A DNA stretch of 64,000 nt from Coraliomargarita sp. (GTDB lineage: Bacteria > Verrucomicrobiota > Verrucomicrobiia > Opitutales > Coraliomargaritaceae). The DNA lies in contig OZ244160.1 of the NCBI GenBank assembly GCA_965216325.1, forward strand, positions 2,912,001 through 2,976,000, in the 5' to 3' direction. Positions 41,918 to 53,109 of the stretch are shown here, in pieces. The notes beneath the pieces are model-generated. The model did no database searches. It saw nothing but the letters and a program-made list of their open reading frames with translations, and was not told where the DNA came from. Both the position numbers and the translations under genes were made by a program. Position 1 is the stretch's first letter. The number at the start of each line of letters is the position of its first letter.

Positions 41918-44362
41918 CTATCGCCGCCGCTGCTCGCGTGTGAGTGGCGGCAAGTTCTCGAAGGGATAGCTGACGTGTTGCTTCGCCAAGGATTCTTGGC
42001 AGGCGGCTTTCAATTTCATCCAACGGTCCCAGTCAAAATCGGGTGCTGTTGCGATGTGTGCTCTGATACTGCGCCATTCGACACGGGCACGCTCCATGTC
42101 GCCGTAGCTGAGTTCGTCGTCGAGGTAGTTGTCCAAGTGGCTGCTTTTGTTTTCCAGATTATACAGCACTTCGCTGGCGCCTTCGCCATAGTCTTCGGGA
42201 AGCCCGCGGCGTAAGTAGCCGGGGATGCTGCGTAAGCCGTAGCTGTTCTGGCAGAGGGAAGTCAGCGGGCGACCTGCGAGTGCGAGCGCATTGAAGCGGT
42301 GGCCCGCACGGATGTTGGCGAGATCGTAAAGGAGTTCCTCGATCGGGTAGGTCGCGTCCTCCAGTCCGGCGGCGACGGCAAGACCTTCGCCCTGATTGAA
42401 AAAGGAGAAGAGGATGCCGCGACGGGTTGGTTTCGCTTCGCGATCGATGAGCCCAAGCGAGAACCAGTGTTCAGCGACGCTGCGTGGTTTGCCAATCGTT
42501 TGATTCAACTGACTGCTTGGCGCTTCGGATCCAACGATCACTCGCTTGCGTAGCTTGGGATTGAGCAGGCCTTTACCTTCCAGATCTTTATAAGCGTGGA
42601 TCTCGGCTTTGCTATAATCAAGACGCGCGATCAGTGAATCATCTCGCTCGGTTAGCTCAACACAATGGCCACCACGGGTCAGCATCGGTAGTTGTGGCAG
42701 GAGCTGTTTTTCAATGCGCTCCAGCGTCCATAGTTTGGCAATGTTCGGCTTGCGTCCATCGGCACGTTGCTGTTCGCGTAGGGCTTTGCGCAGCCATGCA
42801 CTGAGTTGTAAGCGGTCATCGTCGCTGTCTTTGGGGAAGCGTGCGAGCGGGGCGTTGATTCCGTAGCGGCGCTCTTTGCCACTGCCGAATTTGCAGATTG
42901 TGCCGATCCGAATGCTGGCCACTAGCTTCGGACTACTGAGGCCGGGGCGCCAGGTGTCGCCGTCGAGATACCAGGTGTCTTTCAGTTTAAACAGTAGCGG
43001 CGCGCGTCGGCGTTCCCAGATGCCGGCACTGTTTTGAAATTCGATCACTTCGCCGCCTGCGAGCTGTTGTTCGGAGAGGCCTTCCTGCTTACTAGTTGGC
43101 TTGCTGCGGCGTTGGTGGAGAAAGTCGTCGAGTCCGAGGCGGATGGGTTCGCGGGTAAACAGGTTGGCGGTTAGCTGGCGCGTTGCGTGAAGAGGGCTTT
43201 CGCCGTTTTCCACTGCGGTCTGAATGACGGTAATGAGCGAAGGCCAGTCGACGACATTGCCGCGTTGGAGTTGCACGGGCTTGGCTTCTGCAAGGCGCGG
43301 TTTATCTTCGAGATAGAGCACGCTGCCACGTTCATCCATCCCTCGGCGGCCGGCGCGGCCAAACATCTGCAGCAACTCGTCCGGGCGAAGCTGGCGGTGC
43401 CCATCGGCGATGCGATATTCACGATCCAGGACCAGCACGGAGCGCATGGAAAAGTTGATACCTGCAGCGAGTCCGGTGGTGGCGACGATGACTTTGAGCT
43501 GGTTGTGCTTGGCCAGCGGTTCGACCAAACCTGCGCGCTGGGCATAGCTCATGCCGCTGTGGTGAAAGGCGATGCGGTTCTTCAGGCAACGAACGAGTTC
43601 AGGTCCGGCAACGGTCTGTTGCTCTGGGCTGAGCACAATCGGATTGGGCTCCGGTAAGGCACTGGCGAGCGTGCGGGCAAGTGCTTCGGCAGACTTGCGG
43701 CGTGGAGCAAAAATCAAGATCGGCCCCAGTTCGGCGGCTAAAGCGCGTGCGATGGTGCGCGGCCAACGACCGCGAATGGTCTTCGGCACGCGATCCGGTA
43801 ATCCATCGAGGTGGACTTCATCAAGAGGCACGGGACGCTCGTCATGACGCACGGAAACCACATTGCGGTCACAGCGTTGTAGCCATTTTTCGACTGACTG
43901 CGGGTTTCCGACGCTGCCACTGAATAGGAGCAATTGAGTGCCGGGAGGGGCGGTTGCCAGCGCTAGCTCGTAGGTCACGCCCCGTGCGCTGTCGGCGAGC
44001 ATTTGGTATTCGTCGATAACGAGGATGCGAGGCCCTCGGCCCATCATCAGCGCGCGCTTTTGCGTTTCGAGCGTTGCGACGATAATTGGTGCGTCCGTGT
44101 TGTAACTGACGTCGCCCGTCTCAATCCCGACGTTCCAACCTTTGGCCTGCCATTCCAGCAGTTTGTCATTCGCAAGCGCGCGTGTTGGGACGGTGTAGAC
44201 AGCTTTACCGGGGAAATCATGCTCGACCAGCAATTCGAATACAAAGGTCTTTCCTGCTCCAGTAGGCGCATGGACGATTACATCGTGGCCTGCGCGTAGC
44301 AGATTGACCGCCTTCTGCTGCCAGAGGTCTGGAACGGTCAAGACTGTCGAAAGATCATCCAC
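41918..44362 (-). CDS. Ski2-like SF2 helicase
   Basis: APTGAGKT, PTRALANDK, TGD, DEYQ, HHSG, AT..LAAGIN, QM.GRAGRRG.D. Confidence 0.88.
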   Translation of the reverse strand: MDDLSTVLTVPDLWQQKAVNLLRAGHDVIVHAPTGAGKTFVFELLVEHDFPGKAVYTVPTRALANDKLLEWQAKGWNVGIETGDVSYNTDAPIIVATLETQKRALMMGRGPRILVIDEYQMLADSARGVTYELALATAPPGTQLLLFSGSVGNPQSVEKWLQRCDRNVVSVRHDERPVPLDEVHLDGLPDRVPKTIRGRWPRTIARALAAELGPILIFAPRRKSAEALARTLASALPEPNPIVLSPEQQTVAGPELVRCLKNRIAFHHSGMSYAQRAGLVEPLAKHNQLKVIVATTGLAAGINFSMRSVLVLDREYRIADGHRQLRPDELLQMFGRAGRRGMDERGSVLYLEDKPRLAEAKPVQLQRGNVVDWPSLITVIQTAVENGESPLHATRQLTANLFTREPIRLGLDDFLHQRRSKPTSKQEGLSEQQLAGGEVIEFQNSAGIWERRRAPLLFKLKDTWYLDGDTWRPGLSSPKLVASIRIGTICKFGSGKERRYGINAPLARFPKDSDDDRLQLSAWLRKALREQQRADGRKPNIAKLWTLERIEKQLLPQLPMLTRGGHCVELTERDDSLIARLDYSKAEIHAYKDLEGKGLLNPKLRKRVIVGSEAPSSQLNQTIGKPRSVAEHWFSLGLIDREAKPTRRGILFSFFNQGEGLAVAAGLEDATYPIEELLYDLANIRAGHRFNALALAGRPLTSLCQNSYGLRSIPGYLRRGLPEDYGEGASEVLYNLENKSSHLDNYLDDELSYGDMERARVEWRSIRAHIATAPDFDWDRWMKLKAACQESLAKQHVSYPFENLPPLTREQRRR

Positions 44363-44454
44363 GGAGGGTTCAATGTGGGCGTATCTGCAGAGATGAAAAG
44401 CCGGAATGGAGGAAAACTGCTAGCTATCGGTTGGACTTTGTTTAGAACTAGAGA

Positions 44455-45393
44455 ATGCAGCAGGCAGCGAAAGTAGTGACGGTAACCCTAAATCCAGCGA
44501 TCGATCAGTCGGTGGTGGTCGACGAACTGAAGCCGGGCGAGGTGCATCGCGTGCGCGCGAGTCGTCGTCAAGCGGGAGGCAAGGGCGTCAATGTTGCGAC
44601 GATGTTATCTTTAGGCGGTCATGCGAGTACCGTGTCGGGCTTTCTTGGTGCCGAGAATACTGCAATCTTTGAAACGCATTTTAATAGGCATGACTTGGAG
44701 GACGCGTTTGTTCGAGTGCCTGGAGAAACGCGTGTCGGTATCAAAATTCTGGATGATAAAGCGGGCACAACAGATCTGAATTTCCCAGGGGCCAAAATAG
44801 ATGCAGCTGCGCGTACCCAGCTTCGTAGTTGCTTGCTCGAACGCGCTGAGTCGGGTGTGTGGTTTGTCTTTGGCGGAAGCTTGCCAATTGGTTTCTCGGT
44901 TGAGGAGTTTGTTGATCTCTTGGCGAGTTTACAAGAGACGGGTGCCAAGCTAGCTGTGGATACCAGTGGTCCTGCTTTGGCTGCTGCGATCGAGCTTGGT
45001 GTCGATCTCATTAAGCCCAATGAGCATGAGTTAGCAGGTGCCTTAGGGCTTGCAGATGCGAGGCCAAAGACAGTGATGGCTGCGGTGGATGCCTTGTCGC
45101 TTGAAACTATTATCCTCTCGATGGGAAGTCAGGGCGCGTTGTTTGTTTCGGGCGCCGAAAAGGTTTTGGCGAAGCCCCCCGCACTTGACGTGATTAGCAC
45201 GGTCGGTGCAGGGGACTCTTTACTGGCAGGTTATCTTGCCGGCGTATTGCAGGGGCTCAGCCTCGAAGATTGCGCGCGCTCTGCGACGGCTTATGCGTGG
45301 AGCCGGTTGGTATCAGTGGAGCCCAGCATTCCTGAGTCAGACGAACTGCAAGCGCGTATGGCTGTCGTTGAGCTTACGTCGCAAGAGGATTAG
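44455..45393 (+). CDS. 1-phosphofructokinase family hexose kinase (PfkB)
   Basis: [30 protein letters not shown]. Confidence 0.92.
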   Translation: MQQAAKVVTVTLNPAIDQSVVVDELKPGEVHRVRASRRQAGGKGVNVATMLSLGGHASTVSGFLGAENTAIFETHFNRHDLEDAFVRVPGETRVGIKILDDKAGTTDLNFPGAKIDAAARTQLRSCLLERAESGVWFVFGGSLPIGFSVEEFVDLLASLQETGAKLAVDTSGPALAAAIELGVDLIKPNEHELAGALGLADARPKTVMAAVDALSLETIILSMGSQGALFVSGAEKVLAKPPALDVISTVGAGDSLLAGYLAGVLQGLSLEDCARSATAYAWSRLVSVEPSIPESDELQARMAVVELTSQED

Positions 45394-47219
45394 TAAGGAA
45401 ACATCAGTGGTGTGACGAGTAGAGTGACTATCCAAGTCACCAGTAGAAGTGGGACGCCAACCTTTACAAAATCGAAGAACTTGTATTCACCCGGCTCCAT
45501 CACGAGTGTGACCACTGGAGTGGATACTGGTGTGCTATACGCTGCAGACGCTGCGATCATCACGGCGATCGCGTAAGGATAGGGGGAGACATCTTGAAAC
45601 TCCGCTGCGGCAATTGCAATCGGTGCGAGCAATACTGCGGTTGCCGTGTTGGATAAAAACATACCCACAATCGCGGTGATGAAAAACAATGCGGTGAACA
45701 TCACGCTGTGCGGTGCCTGCCCCAAGGCGTCCATTAGGTTATTGACGATTAAATCGGTGCCTCCGGTTTTATTTAGAGCATCAGCCATTGGCAGTAGACC
45801 AGCGATGAGGACAATACTATTCCAATGAATGGAGCGATAGGCATCCTCCATGGTCATGCATCGAGTCAGCACTGCTCCCAAGGCGGCACACAGCACTATA
45901 ATCGTGAGTGGCATAAGCTCCAGAACGCTGGTCGCGATGAGCATGGCTAAAATACCCAGTGCGAGGGGGGCCTTCTTATACGCTGGAGCGCGCTCGTCTG
46001 TATCGCTTGGCTCCTCGAGCACAATGAAGTCGTGGTGTTGCTTCGAGAGTTGATTGATTCGATCTCGATGCCCCGCCACAAAGAGGCTGTCCGAAGCTTT
46101 GAGCTTTGCGCTGCCAAAATCCGAGAGGGGCGCCTGTGCTCTACGAATGCCGAGAACTTGCAAGCCGAATTGTGTTTGAAACTCCGCTTCTGCAATCGTC
46201 TTGTTGATGAGTTGGGATTCTGGGTGAATTAGGACGGTGCTCGCACCAGCTTCCCAGAGGAGTCGTTGGCGCTGGATTTTTGTGAGCTCATGTCCGGAGA
46301 TTCCTTGCAGTTTTACGAATGCGTCATGTGCTTCTGGGCGGCCAACGATATGAACCAGATCGCCGGGGCGAAACTGCAGCGAACTGTCACCCGAGAAGAC
46401 GGAATATTCGTTACGCTTGCGCTCGCGGATAATGCTTAAGACACGTAGCCCATATTGGCTGGGTAAATGGGCTTCTCCTACGGTTGTGTCCGCGTAGATG
46501 AAATCTTCATTAATATGGTAAGTCCTCGCTTCGTCATCTTCATTAAAGGCACGGAAAAGCTCAGCAATAGAGCGCCCCTTACTGCTTCCATCGTTTTCAG
46601 ATGAGGTATTGTCTGGCAGTAATTTGCGTCCGATCACTACAAAGTAGAGCACGGCGGCTACAAGGACGGCTAGGCCGAGTGGCGTGAAACTGAAGAAATT
46701 GAATCCGTCGTAGCCGGAATCCATGAGCTCCCCATGCACGACAAGATTGGTCGGAGTGGCAATTAGGGTGAGCATGCCACTGATCAATGCCGCATAGGAC
46801 ATCGGGATCAGTAGTTTCGATTTGCTGACGCCTGTTTCGTGGGCAATCCGAACAATGATTGGGATGAAGATGGCAACAATTGCCGTTGAGCTCATGGCAC
46901 CACCCAGTAAGCCTGCAGACATCATTAGAACCGCCAACAGGCGTGTCTCACCTTTGCCGCCTTTTTGCGAGATGATGTCTCCGACTTTTCGGGCAATGCC
47001 TGTGCGATCGAGCATTTCTCCGACCACGAGTAGGGCTGCTACGAGAATAACCACACTGTTACCAAATCCTGCGAGCGCTTCGTTTACGCTGAGGATCCCG
47101 CTGAGGCTCAGCGCGATAATAACCAGCAAGGCGATGATGTCGAAGCGAACACGGTTACTCGCCATTGCGACGGCAACGACGGCAAGCAAGCCAAAGACGA
47201 AAAGCATATCAGAGTTCAT
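45390..47219 (-). CDS. SLC13-family permease with TrkA-C domains (YfbS-like)
   Basis: GMLTLI.TP.NL, two RCK-C domains, [20 protein letters not shown]. Confidence 0.9.
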   Translation of the reverse strand: MNSDMLFVFGLLAVVAVAMASNRVRFDIIALLVIIALSLSGILSVNEALAGFGNSVVILVAALLVVGEMLDRTGIARKVGDIISQKGGKGETRLLAVLMMSAGLLGGAMSSTAIVAIFIPIIVRIAHETGVSKSKLLIPMSYAALISGMLTLIATPTNLVVHGELMDSGYDGFNFFSFTPLGLAVLVAAVLYFVVIGRKLLPDNTSSENDGSSKGRSIAELFRAFNEDDEARTYHINEDFIYADTTVGEAHLPSQYGLRVLSIIRERKRNEYSVFSGDSSLQFRPGDLVHIVGRPEAHDAFVKLQGISGHELTKIQRQRLLWEAGASTVLIHPESQLINKTIAEAEFQTQFGLQVLGIRRAQAPLSDFGSAKLKASDSLFVAGHRDRINQLSKQHHDFIVLEEPSDTDERAPAYKKAPLALGILAMLIATSVLELMPLTIIVLCAALGAVLTRCMTMEDAYRSIHWNSIVLIAGLLPMADALNKTGGTDLIVNNLMDALGQAPHSVMFTALFFITAIVGMFLSNTATAVLLAPIAIAAAEFQDVSPYPYAIAVMIAASAAYSTPVSTPVVTLVMEPGEYKFFDFVKVGVPLLLVTWIVTLLVTPLMFPY

Positions 47220-47289
47220 CAAAACAGCGGGGGATTGAGTCGGCGGCAGCGGGTGTAATACCAATGCAATAAATGTCTGGCTTGGAAGG

Positions 47290-47393
47290 CCCCTCCCATC
47301 TGGCAAGCAGATGACCTACCCTTGGCAGGGGAGGAGCTTTTGTGGCTCCCCTCCTTGACGAGGAAGGGTGGATCGCGAAGTGAGACGGGGTGG
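47290..47393. repeat. degenerate CCCCTCC/GGAGG-rich palindromic element
   Basis: CCCCTCCC..GGGGAGGAGC..GCTCCCCTCCTTGACGAGGAAGGGTGG..GGGGTGG. Confidence 0.5.
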
Positions 47394-47484
47394 TGCTCAT
47401 AAAGACCAAACCTTACTCAAGATGGTGTAATCAAACGGACCACGCTTGCACGTGACCCGTTTGAAGAGAAATCAAATCGTTGGA

Positions 47485-48222
47485 TTAATTACCGAACAAG
47501 CCCTTGATGCTTTCGATGGCTCCTTCGCCGATGTCCTGTGCGCCTGAACCGCCTTGCTTGGCAGCTTCGGTGACCGCAGGGATGAGTTCTTCAAGAACTT
47601 TTGACAGAATGATGTTCATCGCATCAGCGATACTGGTGTTGCTCCCATCTTCGCCAATGTCATGCATCGTAATATTGGGTAAGGTGACTTGAAGGCCGGC
47701 TCCCATTATACCGGCGTAGACTTTGGCATCATCAATAATGAGCTCCTTAATGACGACTTGCTTGGAGGCACCCGTTTCTTCTGCTTCAGGTTGTTTTTCA
47801 GCGGTCTCATCTGAGGTGCCGGTAAATTCTTCGACGTTTTTGAGCAGTTTCTTTACGTTGGAACTTGTGAGGGTTTTCTCGTAACTAATTTCTGCTGCAG
47901 AGATGTGTATTTTGTTGATGATGATTTTGTCGCTGAGCAGAGAGCCGCGCTCAAGGTCGATGTCGATCTTGCCCAGAGCGAAGATGTGTTCACTCTTAAA
48001 ACCTTCGGGGTTGCCGATGTAGAGCCCTTCAAGGCTAGCGTTTGCGGCAAGAATTGAGATGTCCACATTGTCGAGTTGGACCGAAGTTTGTGTGACCTGA
48101 GGTCCAAACTTTTCGACGCCTACCTTGATTTGCTTACTAATAAAGCTTGAGCCAAATAGGTAGATAAGCGCGATGCCAGCGACGATGAGGACGAGTAAAA
48201 AAGCGAGTAGTTTTTTGATCAT
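47485..48222 (-). CDS. AsmA/DUF748-like protein
   Basis: N-terminal TM, IGNP.GF motif, beta-rich. Confidence 0.7.
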   Translation of the reverse strand: MIKKLLAFLLVLIVAGIALIYLFGSSFISKQIKVGVEKFGPQVTQTSVQLDNVDISILAANASLEGLYIGNPEGFKSEHIFALGKIDIDLERGSLLSDKIIINKIHISAAEISYEKTLTSSNVKKLLKNVEEFTGTSDETAEKQPEAEETGASKQVVIKELIIDDAKVYAGIMGAGLQVTLPNITMHDIGEDGSNTSIADAMNIILSKVLEELIPAVTEAAKQGGSGAQDIGEGAIESIKGLFGN

Positions 48223-48292
48223 AATATGCTAGGTGAGAAACTCTTGTTGTCAGAGTCGCTGAATACGTTAGAACTTTTTGCCTAGTTTTCAA

Positions 48293-49231
48293 ATGGAATT
48301 AGAGGAGAATGAAACGCGACTGCCAGAGCCGGAGATCCCTGCGGAGCTTCGAGCGGTGGGGCTGTTTGCGGAAATTTCGGAGGCGAATGAGGCTGCTCTG
48401 GCGGTGTTGGCGATGGGGCAGGCTTACTGGATGTATCCGTTTGAAGATGGCTACGCGCTCTGTGTCGAACTTGCTGTTGCACAGAGTGTTGAGTTGGAGC
48501 TTGATGAGTGGCGTCGGCTACATCAAAGAAAGCATCCGCAGGGCGAGATTCTGTGGCGGGGCCGTTCGGTAGGAATGGGGTCGTTTGTGCTTTTTGTGTT
48601 CGTTCTTTGCGGAATCTTTGCTGTCCAGCAACTGTATCCGCTGGTGGAGTGGGGCGGTTCGGATGCGACTGCGCTTTTTGATGACAGGGAGTGGTGGCGT
48701 GTCGTGACTGCGCTGACACTTCATGGTGATGTCGTCCACCTAGTCTCGAATCTGGTTGCCGGTATCGGGTTTACGGCATTGGTCGCTCGGGTGTTTGGTG
48801 TGAGTTTGGGTTGGTTTTTGGTTTTTTTCGCCGGAAGCTTGGGAAACTTACTGACTGCATGGCTGCATTATCCTCAGGCGCACCTGTCGATCGGTGCCTC
48901 GACTGCGGTATTCGGAGCGCTGGGACTCTTGACGGGAGCGAGTGTGTGGCTGGCGTTATTTGACCCACGACGGAGTTTGTCACTGCCGCAATGGTTGTTG
49001 CCGATGCTTGGGGGGCTGACTTTGTTGGGCTTATTGGGAATGGGCGAAGGGCCAGTTGATATCTTGGCGCATGTATGTGGCTGTGGATTCGGACTGTCCT
49101 TGGGCTTGGCGGGCGCTGGGCTGAAATTGCCGGAAGCAGCGAAACAGTCAGTATTCCAAAGTAAGCTGGGCTGGCTAGTGCCCTGTGTCTTGGCGTTGTG
49201 CTGGGGCTGCGCTGTTTTTTCGGGGGTGTAA
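48293..49231 (+). CDS. rhomboid intramembrane serine protease
   Basis: WWR..TA..LH....HL..N, GAS.AVFG, AH..G. Confidence 0.9.
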   Translation: MELEENETRLPEPEIPAELRAVGLFAEISEANEAALAVLAMGQAYWMYPFEDGYALCVELAVAQSVELELDEWRRLHQRKHPQGEILWRGRSVGMGSFVLFVFVLCGIFAVQQLYPLVEWGGSDATALFDDREWWRVVTALTLHGDVVHLVSNLVAGIGFTALVARVFGVSLGWFLVFFAGSLGNLLTAWLHYPQAHLSIGASTAVFGALGLLTGASVWLALFDPRRSLSLPQWLLPMLGGLTLLGLLGMGEGPVDILAHVCGCGFGLSLGLAGAGLKLPEAAKQSVFQSKLGWLVPCVLALCWGCAVFSGV

Positions 49232-49274
49232 ATCACGCTTTACCTCGTGCTACGAGCAAAGTAGCTCTTGAGAT

Positions 49275-50261
49275 ATGACGGATTCAGGTTCTCCACGACT
49301 GACGACTGGGCAACAAGCTATGCGGGACGAGGCGGCTGCGATTTTGCAGGCAGCGGATCGGCTGGACTCCAATTTCGAAGCTGCAGTTGAGCTTATTCTT
49401 AAGGCAAAGAGCAAGCTGGTGATTTGTGGCATCGGTAAGTCCGGTCACATCGGTTGTAAGCTAGCGGCGACGTTTTCGAGTTGCGGCGTGCCTTCGGTTT
49501 TCTTGCATGCCGCTGAGGCGATTCATGGTGACTTGGGTGTGTATCAGCCTGGGGACCCAACGATAGTTCTTTCGAAGAGTGGTAGCACGGCGGAAGTGCT
49601 GCGTCTGATGCCAATGCTACGTAAGTTTGAGTCGCCGGTGATTGCAATTGTGGGGAATTTGGAGTCACCCATCGCAAAGGCTGCGGATGTGGTGCTTGAT
49701 GGCAGTGTCGATGCGGAAGCGGATCCGTTGAATTTGATGCCAACTTCAAGTTCGACTGTCAGTTTGGCGCTTGGTGATGCCCTGGCGGCCGCGTTGGTCA
49801 AGGCGAGAGATTTCACACCTGCAGAATTTGCAACATTTCATCCGGGGGGGCAACTCGGGCGTAATTTGCTGCTGACGGTTGGCGAGGTGATGCATGCCGC
49901 GGATTCGGTCGCAACAGCATCGGTCGATGAGACACTGCGCGAAGTGGTGATTCGAATGAACGAGCACCCTTTGGGGGCTGCTTGTGTGGTTGATTCTGAG
50001 CAGAAGCTATTGGGTATACTTACCGATGGAGACGTGCGCCGCTTACTTTCATCGGAAGGTGATATTTTGCAGATGAAAGTGGGCGACTGTATGACGCAAA
50101 AACCGATTTATACCCAGCCGGATGTTTCGCTGGGTGATGCGGTCAAAATCATGGAAGAGCGCAGTTCACAGATTTCGGTTTTGCCTGTCTTGTCGGGAGA
50201 TCATGCTACATTTGTTGGTCTGTTACGTCTCCACGATGCCTATCAGCCAAACTTGGCATAA
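49275..50261 (+). CDS. kdsD: arabinose-5-phosphate isomerase (KpsF/GutQ family)
   Basis: G.GKSGHIG.K, HGDLG, PT.S, FHPGG.LG, CBS pair. Confidence 0.93.
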   Translation: MTDSGSPRLTTGQQAMRDEAAAILQAADRLDSNFEAAVELILKAKSKLVICGIGKSGHIGCKLAATFSSCGVPSVFLHAAEAIHGDLGVYQPGDPTIVLSKSGSTAEVLRLMPMLRKFESPVIAIVGNLESPIAKAADVVLDGSVDAEADPLNLMPTSSSTVSLALGDALAAALVKARDFTPAEFATFHPGGQLGRNLLLTVGEVMHAADSVATASVDETLREVVIRMNEHPLGAACVVDSEQKLLGILTDGDVRRLLSSEGDILQMKVGDCMTQKPIYTQPDVSLGDAVKIMEERSSQISVLPVLSGDHATFVGLLRLHDAYQPNLA

Positions 50262-50267
50262 TTAAGC

Positions 50268-51731
50268 ATGGCAGGGCCTTCTATAGCGCCACGTGAGTGG
50301 GCAGTTGTTGCAGTGGGGGGAGCGACTCTCGGCTGGACTGCGTGGGCATTTGCGGGAGTTCAGCAATGGACTTTGCACTCGATGTTGTTCGGTGCCTTGT
50401 TGACTTTTTTACTGTCAATTATCCCGCTACCCGAATGTTTCAATGGGACGGATGGTGAGCACGGTAACATCAAGAATCTCAAGCGCCTGCTGAAGTTTCC
50501 GTTCTTTTGGTTCAGTGCTGCGCTGTTAGTTTATATTGCCATTCAAGGGGTGAACCCATCGTGGCAGGCGTTGGCGAGAAACCCTCTTTGGCTGGCTGAA
50601 GAGCTGACGCCACGGGTTAGCTGGCTGCCGACCGGGGTGCAGGCTAGCTATGAGCCAATGAATGCCTTTCGCGTCTTGGCGAGCTTTTCTGCTGCCTTCA
50701 TGCTTTGTTGGGGTTTATGGGTTGGTGTCCGTCGTCGGCAAAGTGCTGTAATCGTTTTGTGGATACTCGCCATTAGTGGCACACTGCTGGGAATGGTTGC
50801 GATCTTGCAGAAGCTCTCGGATGCCCCTGCGGTTTTGTGGCTGGTGAAATCTTCGAATCAACAATTCTGGGGCAGCTTCTTTTATCGGAATCAAGGGGCG
50901 GCCTACCTGATTCAGGGTATGGTCGCTTGTGCAGTGCTATTCTTTTATCATTACAACCAATCAGAGCGCAGGGCGCAGGCGGGTGGACCGTATATGTTGT
51001 TGGGTATCTTCATTGCATTACTCGCGGCCTCAATCGGTCTGGCGCTCTCTAGGGGTGGGGTTCTTTTTGGTTCCTTGTTTCTTGCAGTGTTTGTGGTCGC
51101 TGCAATTGGACGCTTCTTGTTGTCGTTTTCGCTTCAGCGTTCGCTTATTATATCAGTGCTTGTCGCCAGTATTATTGCGGGAGGAGGGTATGCGGCATCA
51201 CGTATGATCAATGTGGAGGACATCCAGAAGCGCTTTGGTGATATTGGAAAAACCATTGAAACTGCGGATCAGGACTCTCGTGCAATTTGCACCAAAATCA
51301 CCTGGAAGATGGCCCAAGAAGAACTGGCCTTTGGTTGGGGCGCCGGCTCTTGGCGCTATATCTTCCCCATGTATCAAAAAAGTTATCCAGAGATTTACTA
51401 TCAGTATTATCATCCGAGAAAGGGCTGGGTCGGGCGTAAGGAGTATCGCTATGCGCACAATGACATTGTTCAGTTCTTTTTCGAGCTAGGCATTGTTGGC
51501 TGTAGCTTACTTTTACTTAGTTGGGGCTACTGGCTTTTTAGCCTCTGTTTTCGAGCTTCTGGGAATGCACTCGCTGCTTTAATGCTACTTTGTGGTATGG
51601 CTGTTGCCTGTGGGCATGCCTTTGTTGACTTTATTTTTAACAGTCCAGCCTACTGGGTTGCGTTCAATGGTTTACTCTGCATCGCAGTCAAGTTGCTGGC
51701 ATTACACAGTGAACGTGTGCGGCATCGTTAA
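50268..51731 (+). CDS. O-antigen ligase family protein
   Basis: G.F.YRN, LSRGG, G.GAGS, AHND..Q...E.G. Confidence 0.85.
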   Translation: MAGPSIAPREWAVVAVGGATLGWTAWAFAGVQQWTLHSMLFGALLTFLLSIIPLPECFNGTDGEHGNIKNLKRLLKFPFFWFSAALLVYIAIQGVNPSWQALARNPLWLAEELTPRVSWLPTGVQASYEPMNAFRVLASFSAAFMLCWGLWVGVRRRQSAVIVLWILAISGTLLGMVAILQKLSDAPAVLWLVKSSNQQFWGSFFYRNQGAAYLIQGMVACAVLFFYHYNQSERRAQAGGPYMLLGIFIALLAASIGLALSRGGVLFGSLFLAVFVVAAIGRFLLSFSLQRSLIISVLVASIIAGGGYAASRMINVEDIQKRFGDIGKTIETADQDSRAICTKITWKMAQEELAFGWGAGSWRYIFPMYQKSYPEIYYQYYHPRKGWVGRKEYRYAHNDIVQFFFELGIVGCSLLLLSWGYWLFSLCFRASGNALAALMLLCGMAVACGHAFVDFIFNSPAYWVAFNGLLCIAVKLLALHSERVRHR

Positions 51732-51794
51732 CAGTATGTGTGATTACGTTTTACATCAGCAAACCTACCCCATTAAGAACCGATTAATACGCCG

Positions 51795-53072
51795 ATGAAT
51801 TCTAGACCCCGACTGATTCCTCAAGGGATGTGGATCCCTTACATCTTAGTTGCCAGCTGTTTTGCTTGGTGGGGATTTGCAAATTGTATTACGGATCCGC
51901 TGGTTAAAGTTTTTAAGGATATCTACGATAACCTCAGCCACACGGAGTCAGCACTCATTCAGTTTGCGTTCTATGCCGCGTATTTCTGTCTCGCGATTCC
52001 CGGCGGTATTATCAATCGACGCTATTCCTACAAGCATGGCATCCTTTCGGGCTTGGGTATCTCGATGCTTGGATGCTTTCTGTTTTATCCAGCGAGTCTG
52101 TCGAATAACTTCTATACCTTCCTCATTGCCTTTTATGTGTTAGCGAGTGGCCTTGCGGTCTTGGAAACTGCCGCGTCGCCATACATTTTAAGTATGGGGG
52201 CCGCGGAAACTGCGACCCAACGTCTCAATTTAGCCGGTGCTTTTGTGCCCACCGGTTCGATAGCCGGTGTCTTGATCAGTAAGTATTTCGTCCTCGAGAA
52301 ACTTGAGCTGCTTTCTGGCGAGAGTTCTGCAATGAGTCCTGAGCAAGTGCAGGCGGGGCAGCTTTCGATTGTGATCACACCTTACATCCTTGCTGGCTTT
52401 GTGCTGATCTTTGTTTGGCTGTTGATGCTATCGGTAAGGATACAAAAGCCTTCAGATATTGAGGCATCCAGGGAGCATCAGCTGGACTTGATTCCTTCGG
52501 TCAAACGACTTTGCGGCAATTCCAATTACCTCTTTGCGGTCGTCGCTCAATTTTTCTACGTCGGTCTACAGATTAGTGTGTGGACTTTTACGATTCACTA
52601 TGTGACTGAGCAACTCGGCATTAAAGGGAGCGAGGCGCTCAATTACCAAACTGCAGCATTGGTGGCCTTTATGGTCGCGCGCTTTATTTGCACAGGGCTG
52701 ATGTCTTATTTGCGCCCCAGCACACTGCTCTTGATTATGGCTTTGTTGGGGGCAGTCTGCTGTTTGATTGTGATGTTTGTGGGCGGCGCAATCGGTGTCT
52801 ATGCACTGGTTAGTATCTCTGCGTGTATGTCTCTGATGTTTCCGACCATCTTTGGCTTGGGCACCAAAGGCTTGGGTGAAGACATTAAATTCGGCAGTTC
52901 GGGGCTGATCATGGCCATTCTTGGTGGTGCGCTGATCCCACTGGCACAAGCCAGCTTGGTCGACGCCCTGAATGTGAACTATTCCTACGCAGTGCCGATG
53001 ATTTGCTGTTTGGTCATCGCGATCTTTGCGGTGTTTTCACACCGCATTCCCGCATCCGACGAAGCGGTTTGA
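51795..53072 (+). CDS. fucP: L-fucose:H+ symporter family MFS permease
   Basis: F..WGFA, LETAA.PY, R.NLA..F, QFFYVG.Q, SLMFPTIF, MAI.GGA. Confidence 0.85.
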   Translation: MNSRPRLIPQGMWIPYILVASCFAWWGFANCITDPLVKVFKDIYDNLSHTESALIQFAFYAAYFCLAIPGGIINRRYSYKHGILSGLGISMLGCFLFYPASLSNNFYTFLIAFYVLASGLAVLETAASPYILSMGAAETATQRLNLAGAFVPTGSIAGVLISKYFVLEKLELLSGESSAMSPEQVQAGQLSIVITPYILAGFVLIFVWLLMLSVRIQKPSDIEASREHQLDLIPSVKRLCGNSNYLFAVVAQFFYVGLQISVWTFTIHYVTEQLGIKGSEALNYQTAALVAFMVARFICTGLMSYLRPSTLLLIMALLGAVCCLIVMFVGGAIGVYALVSISACMSLMFPTIFGLGTKGLGEDIKFGSSGLIMAILGGALIPLAQASLVDALNVNYSYAVPMICCLVIAIFAVFSHRIPASDEAV

Positions 53073-53100
53073 GCCAGAAGACCTAGGTCTTCTGGCTCAA
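53069..53100. repeat. 32-bp perfect palindrome between convergent genes
   Basis: TTGAGCCAGAAGACCT|AGGTCTTCTGGCTCAA. Confidence 0.9.
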
Positions 53101-53109
53101 CGGATGAGC

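Noticed and set aside
47220..47306. N-terminal ORF extensions (SLC13 permease to 47306, tatD to 23144, carB to 33532, parE to 12719)
   Set aside because: Family-typical starts lie downstream. The extensions run through repeats or neighbouring genes and lack the stop-start coupling seen at 35408 and 36166.
51736..51756. Possible LacI/CRP-like operator upstream of fucP
   Set aside because: Only one half-site matches; symmetry is too weak.
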